Position numbers and translations under genes: made by a program
Shown here: positions 16,908 through 27,600 of the stretch, in pieces
Layout of the letters: each line of letters starts with the position of its first letter
How positions within the stretch are numbered: the stretch's first letter is position 1
Notes under the pieces: model-generated
The model's input: the letters and a program-made list of their open reading frames with translations, nothing else
Databases searched by the model: none
Told to the model about the DNA's origin: nothing
NCBI GenBank assembly: GCA_039201605.1
Contig: JBCCRO010000001.1
Coordinates: 162,173-226,172 of the forward strand
Direction of reading: 5' to 3'
Origin: Actinomycetota bacterium
GTDB taxonomy: Bacteria; Actinomycetota; Acidimicrobiia; Acidimicrobiales; SZUA-35
DNA length: 64,000 bases

Positions 16908-18865
16908 GCGGCGCCTCGACGCCGATCGCCGGGACCGGGACCGGAACCGGGGCGGACGACGCCCGTCGGACCGGGGCTGCGTCGACCGCCCACGTGGGTG
17001 CCGCCGCTGGGGTGGGCGGGGGAGCGGACCGGTCGGCGGCCCCGCCGCCCGACCGAATCGCGCTCAAGCGTCAGGCCCAGCGGGACAAGGCGGCGGCCAG
17101 GGAACTGCTCGAACCGGTCGACGGTGCCGTCACGGCCGCCTCGGCCCTGATCGCCTTGGCCGGGGTGGCGGCGGTCGCACCCTTCGTCCTCGTGGCCGAA
17201 CTGTGCCGTCGGGCGCTCCAGGGATCGGTCGACGACGTCGAGGTGCTGGTGATCGCCGCCTTCGTCGTCCTCGTGGGTCGGGGCGTGCTCCAGCTGATCG
17301 CCTTCGCCTGGACCCACACCCTCGACGGACGGTTGCAGCTCGACCTCCGTCGTCGACTGGCGACCAAGCTGTCTCGGATCCCGCTCGGCTGGTTCAGCGA
17401 CCGACGTGCCACCGAGGTTCGACGGTTGCTGGCCGACGACGTCGGCGCCCTCCACTACCTGGTGGCCCACGCCCGCCTGGAGTTCGTCCAGGCCCTCGTC
17501 GTGCCGTTGGTCACGATCGGCTACCTCCTCATCGTCGACTGGCGCCTGACCCTGGCCCTGTTCGTACCGCTGGTGGCCTATGCCGTGGCGCTCGGCCGGA
17601 TGACCGGACCGGCGCACGACGCCCGCCTCCGGGTGTTCAACCAACGACAGCAGGTCGCCGACGACGTCGCCCAGGAGTACATCGACGGGATCGCCGAGGT
17701 CCGGGCCTTCGGCCAGACCGGGCGCTCGTCGGCGGCGTTCGAGGAGGCGGTCGACGCCTATGCCGCGGCTCTCGACGCCTGGAAGTCACCGATCACCCGG
17801 ATCCAGGCCGCGTCGCAGGTGCTGCTCCGCCCGGTCTTCCTGCTGCTGGTGGTGACGACGGCCGCGGTCGGCCTGGCATCGGTCGACCGCCTCGACCCGG
17901 CGGATCTGGTGCCCTTCCTTCTCGTCGGGGTGAGCGTGGGATCAAGCCTCCTCGGTCTGGCCTTCGGATCGGAGGCCATCCGGCAGGCGACGGCGGCCGG
18001 GGGCCGCATCGTCGGCGTCCTCGGGACCGACGAGCTCGCCACCCGGGCCGTCGATGAGGCGTCGTTCGGCGGGGCCCGGCCCGATCCGCAGGCGGCTCGG
18101 GGTGCGGTGCGCTTCATCGACGTCGCCTTCGGCCACGACGACACGCTCGTGCTCGACGGCATCGACGCCGAGCTGGCGCCCGGCACCGTCACCGCCCTCG
18201 TCGGGACCAGCGGGTCGGGGAAGACGACCCTGGCCCGGCTTCTGGCCCGGTTCGACGATGTCGACCGGGGCTCGATCACCGTCGGCGGACGCGACGTCCG
18301 CACCCTGGAACCGACCGAGCTCTACCGGCGGGTGGCGTTCGTGTTCCAGGACGTGCACCTCATCAGGGGCTCGGTGGCTGACAACCTGCGGCTGGCCCGG
18401 CCCGACGCCACGGCGGCGGAGCTGGAGTTCGCCGCCCGCACCGCCCGCATCCACGATCACGTCTCGGCGCTGCCCCGGGGCTATGAGTCCGAGATCGGGG
18501 TCGACGCCTCGTTCTCCGGGGGCGAGGCCCAGCGCCTGGCCATCGCCCGGGTGCTCCTGGCCGACGCCCCGGTGCTCGTCCTCGACGAGGCCACCGCCTT
18601 CGCCGATCCCCACTCGGAGGCGGCCGTCCAGGATGCCTTGGCCGCCCTCCTTCGGGATCGAACCACCCTGGTCATCGCCCATCGCCTCCACACGATCACC
18701 GCGGTCGACCAGATCCTCGTCCTGTCCGAGGGCCGGATCGTCGAGCGGGGCGACCACCGATCGCTGGTGGCGGCCGACGGCCACTACGCCGAGCTGTGGC
18801 GGGCCGACGAGCGGGCCCTCGTCCGGCTCGGCTCGCCGACATCGGAGCCGGAGGTGCAGCAGTGA
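16904..18865 (+). CDS. ABC transporter, fused permease-ATPase half transporter (IrtA/YbtP-type siderophore transporter subunit)
   Basis: The GTG at 16904 overlaps the upstream stop (GTGA); the start is uncertain. A Gly/Ala/Thr-rich N-terminus of about 60 aa is followed by a 6-TM-like region. NBD motifs: GTSGSGKTT, FSGGEAQRLAIAR, VLVLDEAT. Confidence 0.85.
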   Translation: MSGASTPIAGTGTGTGADDARRTGAASTAHVGAAAGVGGGADRSAAPPPDRIALKRQAQRDKAAARELLEPVDGAVTAASALIALAGVAAVAPFVLVAELCRRALQGSVDDVEVLVIAAFVVLVGRGVLQLIAFAWTHTLDGRLQLDLRRRLATKLSRIPLGWFSDRRATEVRRLLADDVGALHYLVAHARLEFVQALVVPLVTIGYLLIVDWRLTLALFVPLVAYAVALGRMTGPAHDARLRVFNQRQQVADDVAQEYIDGIAEVRAFGQTGRSSAAFEEAVDAYAAALDAWKSPITRIQAASQVLLRPVFLLLVVTTAAVGLASVDRLDPADLVPFLLVGVSVGSSLLGLAFGSEAIRQATAAGGRIVGVLGTDELATRAVDEASFGGARPDPQAARGAVRFIDVAFGHDDTLVLDGIDAELAPGTVTALVGTSGSGKTTLARLLARFDDVDRGSITVGGRDVRTLEPTELYRRVAFVFQDVHLIRGSVADNLRLARPDATAAELEFAARTARIHDHVSALPRGYESEIGVDASFSGGEAQRLAIARVLLADAPVLVLDEATAFADPHSEAAVQDALAALLRDRTTLVIAHRLHTITAVDQILVLSEGRIVERGDHRSLVAADGHYAELWRADERALVRLGSPTSEPEVQQ

Positions 18866-20670
18866 TCCTCGCCCGCACCCTGGCGCTGGTACCGGCCGAG
18901 CAACGACCGCTCCTGCCCCGCTTCGGCGCCGCCATGGTGGCCGCCGCCGTGGCCGAGGCGGCCGCCTACGTGCTGTTGGTCCCGCTGCTGCGGGCGCTGC
19001 TGGTGGGCGACAACGGCACGGCGGCGTGGTGGCTGTCGGCGATGACCGTCGCCGTCGCCGTCGCCGCCGTGGCCTCCTACGCCCAGTCGCTGCTCGGGTT
19101 GCGGATCGGGGTGGGCATGCTGCGCGGCCTGTCCCGACGGGTGGGCGAGCACCTCAATGCCCTACCCCTCGGCTGGTTCGATCGTCGCCCGACCACCTCG
19201 GTGGCCGGCGTCCTCGTGGGCGACGTGCGCGAGGTGCTCGGCGTCTTCGCCCACCTGGCCACGGTGTTCGTCGGTTCGCTGCTGGTGCCGATGGCCACTG
19301 CGGTGGGGATCCTGCTGGTCGATTGGCGTCTCGGCCTGGCCTTCGTCGTAGCGTTCCCCGTCCTGTTCGGCGTTCACCTGGCCGCCGGCCGTTCGTACCG
19401 GGCGGCCGACCGGGCCGTGCACGAGGCGGCGGACGAGGCCAACGGTCGTCTGGTCGAGTTCGCCGTGGCCCAGCCGACGTTGCGATCCTTCGGCGCCGTC
19501 GGGTCGACCACCCGCACCCTGGACGAGTCCCTCCGGGGCCTGCTCGGCGCCTCGGCCCGTCGGCTCGCCGCCGGCATCCCCGGCCTCGTCGCCTTCGCCT
19601 TCGCCGTGCAGCTCGGGTTCCTGGCCCTCGTCTACCTGTTGACGGTTCGCTTCACCGACGGGCAGCTCTCGGCGGCGTCGATGGTGGCCCTGATCGTGGT
19701 GGTCGCCCGCTTTGTCGACCCGCTCGATCAGCTCGGCCAGGTCGGCGCCACCGTCCGCTCTGCCGGCGATGCCGTCGACCGCATCGTCGACCTCCTGGCC
19801 GAGCCCGCGATCGTCGATCCCGAGGTCGCCGACGCCCCCGCCGACTGGACCCTCGAATTCGACGGCGTCGGTTTCGCCTACGACCGTGATCCGACAGCGG
19901 GCGATCCCACGGCGGGCCAACCCACCGCGGGCCAACCCCCAGCGGGCGATCCCACGGCGGGGGCGGGATCGGTGCTGCACGACGTGTCCTTCACGGCCCG
20001 GGCGGCGACGATCACGGCCATCGTGGGGCCGAGCGGTGCCGGGAAGACGACCCTGCTCCAGCTGGCGGCCCGGTTCCGCGATCCGACCAGCGGCACCATC
20101 CGGCTCGGGGGCTGCGATCTCCGCCGCCTCGATCTCGATCGGGTGATGGCGGCCATGTCACCGGTGTTCCAGGACGTGTACCTGTTCGACACCTCGATCG
20201 CCGAGAACGTGCGCTTCGGTCGGCCGGGCGCCACCGCGGCCGAGGTGGCCGAGGCCGCCCGACTGTCCGCCCTCGACGAGGTCGTCGAGCGGCTGCCCGA
20301 GGGCTGGGCGACGCGGGTGGGCGATCGCGGCTCCCGGCTCTCGGGCGGGGAACGGCAGCGGGTCGCCATCGCCCGGGCCCTGCTGAAGGACGCACCGATC
20401 GTGCTCCTCGACGAGGTGACCAGCGCCCTCGACCCCCACAACGAGGGCGTGGTGGTCGACGGCATCCGACGGCTGACGAGGGACAAGACGGTGCTGGTGG
20501 TGGCCCACAAGCTGTCGACCGTCGTCGACGCCGACCAGATCCTGGTCCTCGACGGCGGGACGATCGCCGAACGCGGTGATCACGAGGAGCTGGCCGTCGG
20601 CGGCGGGCGGTACGAGGAGTTCGTCGAGCAGCGAAGGAGCGCGGGCGGATGGCGCGTCGTCAGCGGCTGA
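18862..20670 (+). CDS. ABC transporter, fused permease-ATPase half transporter (IrtB/YbtQ-type partner)
   Basis: The GTG at 18862 overlaps the upstream stop (GTGA). A TM region is followed by an NBD with GPSGAGKTT, LSGGERQRVAIAR and IVLLDEVT. Confidence 0.85.
   Translation: MILARTLALVPAEQRPLLPRFGAAMVAAAVAEAAAYVLLVPLLRALLVGDNGTAAWWLSAMTVAVAVAAVASYAQSLLGLRIGVGMLRGLSRRVGEHLNALPLGWFDRRPTTSVAGVLVGDVREVLGVFAHLATVFVGSLLVPMATAVGILLVDWRLGLAFVVAFPVLFGVHLAAGRSYRAADRAVHEAADEANGRLVEFAVAQPTLRSFGAVGSTTRTLDESLRGLLGASARRLAAGIPGLVAFAFAVQLGFLALVYLLTVRFTDGQLSAASMVALIVVVARFVDPLDQLGQVGATVRSAGDAVDRIVDLLAEPAIVDPEVADAPADWTLEFDGVGFAYDRDPTAGDPTAGQPTAGQPPAGDPTAGAGSVLHDVSFTARAATITAIVGPSGAGKTTLLQLAARFRDPTSGTIRLGGCDLRRLDLDRVMAAMSPVFQDVYLFDTSIAENVRFGRPGATAAEVAEAARLSALDEVVERLPEGWATRVGDRGSRLSGGERQRVAIARALLKDAPIVLLDEVTSALDPHNEGVVVDGIRRLTRDKTVLVVAHKLSTVVDADQILVLDGGTIAERGDHEELAVGGGRYEEFVEQRRSAGGWRVVSG
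19888..19962 (+). repeat. five tandem 15-bp in-frame repeats encoding (D/Q)P(T/P)AG x5
   Basis: The units are gatccgacagcgggc, gatcccacggcgggc, caacccaccgcgggc, caacccccagcgggc and gatcccacggcgggg. Together they encode DPTAGDPTAGQPTAGQPPAGDPTAG, inserted between the first NBD strands (VGFAYDR ... SVLHDVSF). Confidence 0.9.
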
Positions 20671-20744
20671 TCACGCGGCTCGTCCGCCGGATGCCGACCC
20701 CGTCTCCGAGGGTGGTGGGGGCCGCAAGGACGGCAGCCCCGAGC

Positions 20745-20767
20745 GTGGCGGCCGCGAGAGCCGCCAC
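20745..20767. terminator. candidate bidirectional terminator hairpin between convergent genes
   Basis: GTGGCGGC-cgcgaga-GCCGCCAC forms a perfect 8-bp stem with a 7-nt loop. It lies between the ABC stop (20670) and the SIP stop (20784). There is no U-tract. Confidence 0.35.
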
Positions 20768-20783
20768 CGGGCGTCGGCCTCGG

Positions 20784-21488
20784 TCAGCGCCAATAGCCCT
20801 TGGCCACCATCCGCGACTTGGGCACGCCGTTGTTGTCGCGCACGCTGCGGCCCATGGCCCGGGTCGAGAGGGCGTCGCAGGCGATCCACACGTAGGCCTC
20901 GGCGTCGCACCGCACCTCGGCCGCCGCCTCCCGCATGAGCTGGCCGTCGTTGGTCCGCTCGAGCCAGGTGACCGGGGTCGAGGCGTTGGCCCGGACGGGC
21001 AGCTCCTGGTCGGTCTCGAACTGCCACTCGAGCCAGATCCGGGTGGGTGTGTCGCCGATGGCGTCGAGCAGGGTGTTGATCGCCGGCAGCGACGCCGTGT
21101 CGCCGAAGAGCAGGAACTCGGGCGGCGTCGGGTCGGGCATCTTGAACTTCGACCCCAGCATCGTGGCCTCGATCTCGTCGCCCGGCTCGGCCCCGGTCGC
21201 CCACTGCGAGGCCGGGCCACCGTGGAGGGCGAACTCGATGTCGAAGGCGTCGTCGTCTGGCCGCTGATTGAGCAGCGTGTAGGCCCGCTGCTGCAGCTTG
21301 CCGTCGCCGCGGGGAAACCACAGGCGCACCCACTGGGTGGGATGGACGGGGTGGTCGGCGAGCAGGCCGCCGGCCTCGAAGCCGAGCCGGAGGTAGCGGT
21401 CGGTCACCTCCTGTTTCGACCGCAGCCGCAGCCGGTAATCCCGACCGCCGAAGGTCTTGGTCAGCAGGCCGTTCACACCTCGGGACAT
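20784..21488 (-). CDS. siderophore-interacting protein (FAD-binding ferric-siderophore reductase, ViuB/YqjH family)
   Basis: The start is taken at the internal ATG 21488 (MSRGVNGLL), which has GGAGAG upstream. Motifs: VTDRYLRLGF, QQRAYTLL (RxYT FAD motif), LLFGDTASLPAINTLL, and a KGYWR C-terminus. Confidence 0.85.
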   Translation of the reverse strand: MSRGVNGLLTKTFGGRDYRLRLRSKQEVTDRYLRLGFEAGGLLADHPVHPTQWVRLWFPRGDGKLQQRAYTLLNQRPDDDAFDIEFALHGGPASQWATGAEPGDEIEATMLGSKFKMPDPTPPEFLLFGDTASLPAINTLLDAIGDTPTRIWLEWQFETDQELPVRANASTPVTWLERTNDGQLMREAAAEVRCDAEAYVWIACDALSTRAMGRSVRDNNGVPKSRMVAKGYWR

Positions 21489-21630
21489 CGTCTCTCCACC
21501 TGTTGCGACGAACGATCGATGGTAGTGGCCGGGTCGGCGAACACTACATGGTAGGTGACACTCACATGCAGCAGAAGGTACTCGTAGCACCCCGGTCCCG
21601 GGCCGGGCTCCACCCGAGCGAGGGGGGCCG

Positions 21631-24600
21631 ATGACCGAGGCACACGCCATGCGGACCTTGGACGACATCGAGGCCGCCCTCCAGGACCGGCTGGCGGCCG
21701 AGGGGATCGAGGTCGTCGGCGCCGTGCCCGAGCGTCGGGCCCGGGATCGAGCTCCGCTGTCCCCCGGGCAACGGGGCGTCTGGACCTACCAGGAGCTGGC
21801 CCCGACGAGCGTGGTCTACAACGTCGGGCTCTGGCTCGATGTCACGGGCCCGGTCGACGTCGAGGCGATGACCGAGGCCTTCCACCGCCTGCAGCGACGG
21901 CATGAGGTGTTGCGCACCACGTATCACGTCGACGACTCGGGATCGCCCTACCAGCGGATCCACGACGAGCTTTCGCTCCCGATCGACCACGTCGGCCTCG
22001 ATCCCGGGCTCGCCCCCGACGGACGACCCGACGACCTCCTCGCCGAGCTGATCGCCGAGCCGTTCGACCTGGCGGCCACCTCGTCGCTCCGGGTGACGCT
22101 GGGTCGGATCGGGTCCGACCGGCTCGGCATCATCCTGGTGATCCACCACATCGCCTGGGACGCCGTGGCCTTCGCCGCCCTGTCCCGCGACCTCGAACGG
22201 TTCTACGACCAGGCGGTCACCGGGGTCGACGGGTCGGAGATCGCCCCGCTCACCCGCCAGGTGGCCGACTTCGCCGAGTGGGAGGTCGATCGGTTGGAGG
22301 CGGCCGACCACGGCGAGGTCGACGGCTACTGGCAGGCGATGTTCGCCGACCTCGATGCCCTCGACCTGCCCTACGATCGACGCCCCAGCCTGGCGTCGGA
22401 GTCGGCGTCCCGTCTCGACCGCGAGCTGTCGGCTCCGGCCGCCGACAATCTGCGGACGTTGGCCGAGGCGCTCGGGGCGACGCGGTTCGAGGTGTTCATG
22501 GCCGCCTACCTGATCGTGCTGCGTCGGATCACCGGGCAGGACGACGCCGTCGTCGGCACGACGGTGGTCAACCGCGAGCAGGCCGGTCAGGAACTCCTCG
22601 TCGGCAACCTCATGAACATGGTCTCGCTGCGGTATCACCCGGCGGCCGACCTCACCTTCGCCCACCTGACCGACCACGTACGTCGGGTCAACGCCGCCAC
22701 CTTCCGGCACAAGTCCCACCCCTACGAGATGGCCGCCCGCGCCGCCCGCCGGGTCAACCCCGATCTCGGGATGGGCCTGTTCGACACCGTTGCCATCTTC
22801 ATCGACGCCGAGATCGACGGCCCCTCGTTCGCCGGGTGCTCCACCCGCTGGGAGCTGATCGACACCCCGGCCGCCCTGGTACCCCTGGCCGTCGAGGGCT
22901 TCGGTCGGGGCGAGCGGGTGGACGTCCACCTCACCTACCAGGAGGATTTCTTCGACCCTGAGACCGTCGAACGGATCCACGAGTACCTCGACCAGGTGCT
23001 GGTGCACGCCTCCGCCACCACCACGGTGGACGACCTGCTCGTGCTGACCCCGGGCGACCGGGAGCGGGTGGCGTCGTGGACCAGTGGTCCCGACATGGAG
23101 ATCACGCCGCCCACCCTCGACGCCATGGCCCGGGAGATCGCCGCCCGATACCCGGATCGGGTGGCCGTGATCTTCGAGGACACCGAGCTCACCTATGCCG
23201 AGGTCGACCGACGGGTCAACCGGTGCGCCCGCCTGCTGCTCGGGGCCGGTCTCCAACCCGGTGATCTCGTCGCCGTCCACGCCGATCGCAGCGAGTGGTT
23301 GCCGATCATGGTGCTGGCGGCGGTGCGGGCCGGCGGCGTCTACGTCCCCGTCGATCCCGACCTCCCCCAGGACCGGGTCGACTTCGTGATCGACGACGCC
23401 CGGCCCGCCGCCGTGCTCCGGGGGCTCACCCCCGATCGGTCCTTCACCGAACCGTCGGTGCCGATGTTCGACTTCGCCCAGCCGGCCACCCTCGACCTGC
23501 TGGCGGCACAGGCCGACGGGCCGATCGGCGACGACGAACTGGTGCGACCGGTCCATCCCGACGACCCGGCCTATCTCGTCTACACCTCGGGTACGAGCGG
23601 GTGGCCCAAGGGCGTGGTGGTCAGCCACCGGGCGGTGGCCAACCACGTGCAATGGCTCACCAACCACTTCGGCCTGATCGAGACCGAGCGGGCCCTGCAG
23701 AAGACCCCGATCGGGTTCGACGTGTCGGTGGCCGAGATCATGGCCGCCCTCTCGTCGGGGGCCGCCGTCGTCATGGGACAGCCCGGCTGGTGGTGGATGG
23801 ACGCCCACGCCCTGGCCGACTGCATCGAGCAGTACGAGATCACCGTCCTGTCGTTCGTCCCCACCCTGCTGCGGGCCTTCCTCGACGCCGGGATCAGCGA
23901 CGAGCGACTGCGGTCGGTGCGCATCGTGGTCTGCGGTGGTGAGTCGGTGTCGCCGTGGCTGGCCGAGGAGGCGGGCAAGGCATTCGACTGCCCCGTCATC
24001 GGCCTCTACGGGCCGAGCGAGGCCACGATGGACATCACCTACGAGGACTTCAGCGACGTCCGCCATCCCTCGGAGTACCGCAGCGCCCTGATCGGAGTGC
24101 CCGAGGCCAATTCGAGCGTGTGGGTGCTGGACGAAAAGCTGCGGCCCTGCCCCCAGGGGGTCACGGGTGAGCTCTACGTGGGCGGGGTGCAACTCGCCCT
24201 CGGCTACCACCAGCGTCCCGGCCTCACGGCGGCCGCCTTCGTCGCCTGCCCGTTCCCCGAACGGCAGGGCGAGCGCATGTACCGCACCGGCGACCTGGCC
24301 CGCTGGAATCGGCGGGGCCGGTTGGAGTTCCTCGGCCGGGCCGACGAGCAGGTCAAGATCCGGGGTCACCGGGTCGAGCTGGGCGAGGTCGGCACCGTGC
24401 TGCGGCAGGTGCCGGGCGTGACCTCGGCCGCCGTCGCCGCCCTGGAGCACGCCGATAATAAGGTGCTGGTCGGGTACTACATCCCCGACCCCGCCGACGA
24501 GCGGAGCGACGACGAACAGGCGGACCTGATCTCGACCTACCTCGGCGAGCGGCTGCCGGGCTACATGGTGCCGCCGTTCCTGATCCGGGTCGGGATGCTC

Positions 24601-27600
24601 CCGACCAACGCCAACGGCAAGCTCGACATCAAGGCCCTGCCCCAACCGGACTTCGACGGCCGGACCGGTGAGGGCCGACCGCTTGCCGGGGAGCGGGAGC
24701 ACCTGGTGGCCCAGGTCCTCAGCACCATCCTCGACCTCCCCGAGGACACCACCCTGGCCGCCGACGACGACTTCCTCCGCCTCGGTGGCGACTCGATCAG
24801 CGCCATCCGCATGGCGGCGGCGCTGAGGAAGCACGGCCTCGAGCTCAGCACCCGCGAGCTGTTCGAAGCCCGCACCATCGCCGCCATGGCCAAGGCGGCG
24901 TCGACGGCTGCGCCGTCGGTGGTCCCCGTGCTCACGGAGGTCGACGGGCCCTACGGCGAGGTTCCCCTCGCCCGAGAGGTGGTCGCCGACCTGACCAGCG
25001 GCCCGCTGCGACCGGCGCCCGCACTGTCGTTGTCGCTGGTCACCCCGCCCGAGGTCACGCCCGCCGCACTCCAGCAGGCGCTCGACCGGGCGGTTCGTCG
25101 CCATCCGGCGCTCTGCGCCCGGCTGGACGACGACGGTGGCGGGAGGCCGACGCTGCGGGCCGACGGCGACAACGCCGCCACGGCGATGGTCTTCACCACC
25201 CGGGTGATCGAGCCCCGGCCGGGCCCGGTTGGCAACGGCGGTAGCGAGGCGGGCGCGGCCGACTCGATCGAGGACGAGCGCCGGACCGAGAGCGAGCGAC
25301 TGGCCGCCCTGCTCGATCCGACCGACGGCCCCCTCGTCGCCGCCTCACTGTTGCAGCGGGCCGACGGCGGCGACGGTCGTCTGGTGCTCGTCGCCGGCGG
25401 GCTCGTGGCCGACCCGCCGTCGCTGGCCCTCCTCGCCGCCGACGTGGCCGAGGCGTGGCGGACCGGTGCCGATCTGCCGCCTTCGACGGCCACCTCCTAT
25501 CGGGCCTGGCAGGTCAGCCGGGCCGAGCGCGAGGGTGACGAACCGGCACCGCCACCTTCCGGGCCCGACACCTCGACCGGCCCTGCGGTGGGAAGGCGGG
25601 CGCCGGATCCAACCGTCGACACCCAGGCCACCCGTCGGGAGGTGAGGGTCTGCCTCGACGGACCTCATGCCGCCCATCTGGCGTCGACCGCCCTCGACGC
25701 CCTGCGGGCCGACGCCGCAACGGTGCAACTCTCCGCCCTCCTACTCGCCCTGTCGAGACAGGGATCGGTGGCTCCGTCGGCCTCGATCGACATCGAGCTG
25801 GTTCGCCACATCCGCGACGGCTCGCCCTTCGCCGACGCCGACGTCGCCGCCACCGTCGGGCGGTTCACCTCGATCGACACCCTGGAGGTTGCGGCATCGG
25901 CGCTGGTACAGGGCAACAGCACCGCCGTGCCCGACGCCGTCGCCGCCGCCAGGGCGGTGAAGACGGCGGAGCTGGCCTCGTTCCCCGCAACCCCGGGCCG
26001 GATCGCCGCCGTGCGGTTCAACGACCTCGGCCGCCTCGAACGGGCCGGGACCGACGAGGGCGCCCGCTGGCGTCCGGCCCCGGACGGGGCCTTCTCCTCG
26101 CCGATCGTCGACCCCGCCGGGCCCATCCCGGCGGTGATCGAGGTGGAGTCCGCCACCTTCGTCGACGGTGACGACGTGACCATCGAGGCCACGTTCCGCT
26201 TCGCCGACGGGTTGATCGACGCCGACACCGCATCGGCGGTGGCGGGCCGATGGGTGCAGGCGATGACCGAGCTGGGTTCGGTGGTCAGCGAGGATCCCGG
26301 GCCCTATCTCACCACCGACGACGTGCTCGCCGGCGGTGTCGATCAGATCGATCTCGACGGGTGGCGGGTGCGCCATGGCCGGGTGGTCGACGTCCACCCG
26401 TTGGCGCCGATGCAGGAGGCCATCTACCTCGCCGGGCTGGCCTCGGCCGGCGGCGACGTCTACAACGCCCAGGTCCTGATCGGGGTGCGGGGCGAGCTCG
26501 ACGCCGCCCGCCTCGACCGCTCGATGCAGCTCGTGGCCAACCGCTACCCCAATCTGCGGGCCTCGATCGGGTTCTCCCGCACCGGGGTGCCGTGTGCCGT
26601 GATCCCGGCGGCCGTCGAGTTCCCCCTGACCGAACTCGATCTGTCCGGCGCCGAGGGTGAGCTCACCGACCAGCTGGCCGAGCTGATCGAGGCCGACCTG
26701 GCCACCCCGTTCGACTACGGCAACGGCCCGCTGCTGCGGGGTCACGTCATCCACCTGCCCGGCGACGAGCACCTGCTCGTGCTCACGGCCCACCACGTGA
26801 TCTCCGACGGCTGGTCCGGCAACCTCATGCCCGGAGAGGTGTTCGCCCACTACGCCGCCGGGGAGGCCACGGCGCCGTTGGTGGAGTCGGACACCTTCGC
26901 CCACTTCCTGGCCGATATCGACGCCCGTCGGCCGTCGGCCCACACCGCCTGGGAGCGGTATCTCGACCGCATCGACGGGGCGACTCTGGTCGCTCCCGAG
27001 CACGAGAGCGGGGTGGACAACCTCCAGGTCGACCACGAGTTCGTCCTCGACGTCGACCTCGTCCGTCGCCTGCACGACGTGGCCGCCGACGCCGGCACCA
27101 CCCTGAGCTCGGTCGTGCAACTGGCCTGGGCCAACGTCCTGCGGACGATCGTGGGTGAGGACGCCGTGGTGTTCGGGGAGGTCGTCGCCGGACGGCCGAC
27201 GTCGATCGAAGGCATCGAGTACGCCGTCGGAGCCTTTGCCAACACCGTGCCCCGGGTGGTGGAACTCGGCCCCGACCGGTCGTGGCGATCGCACCTCGAC
27301 GTCATGCAGGAGGACCGGGTGGCCCTGATGGACTTCGATCAGTATCCGCTGATCGCCGCCCACCGCAGCGCCCAGGTGCGCCGACTGTTCGACACCCTCG
27401 TCGTCTTCCAGTCGGCGCCGTCGGGGGAGTCCGCCTTCGCAGAGCTCCTGGCCACCATGGATCTCGAACTGCTGGCCTTCGACGCCCGCAGCCCGTCCGA
27501 ACACGCCCTGGTGTTGTACGTGTACCCGCAGGACGGCTTCCGGGCCCTGCTGTCGTTCGCGCCGGCCTCGTTCGACGAGGCCGCCATCGCCGTGATCGAG

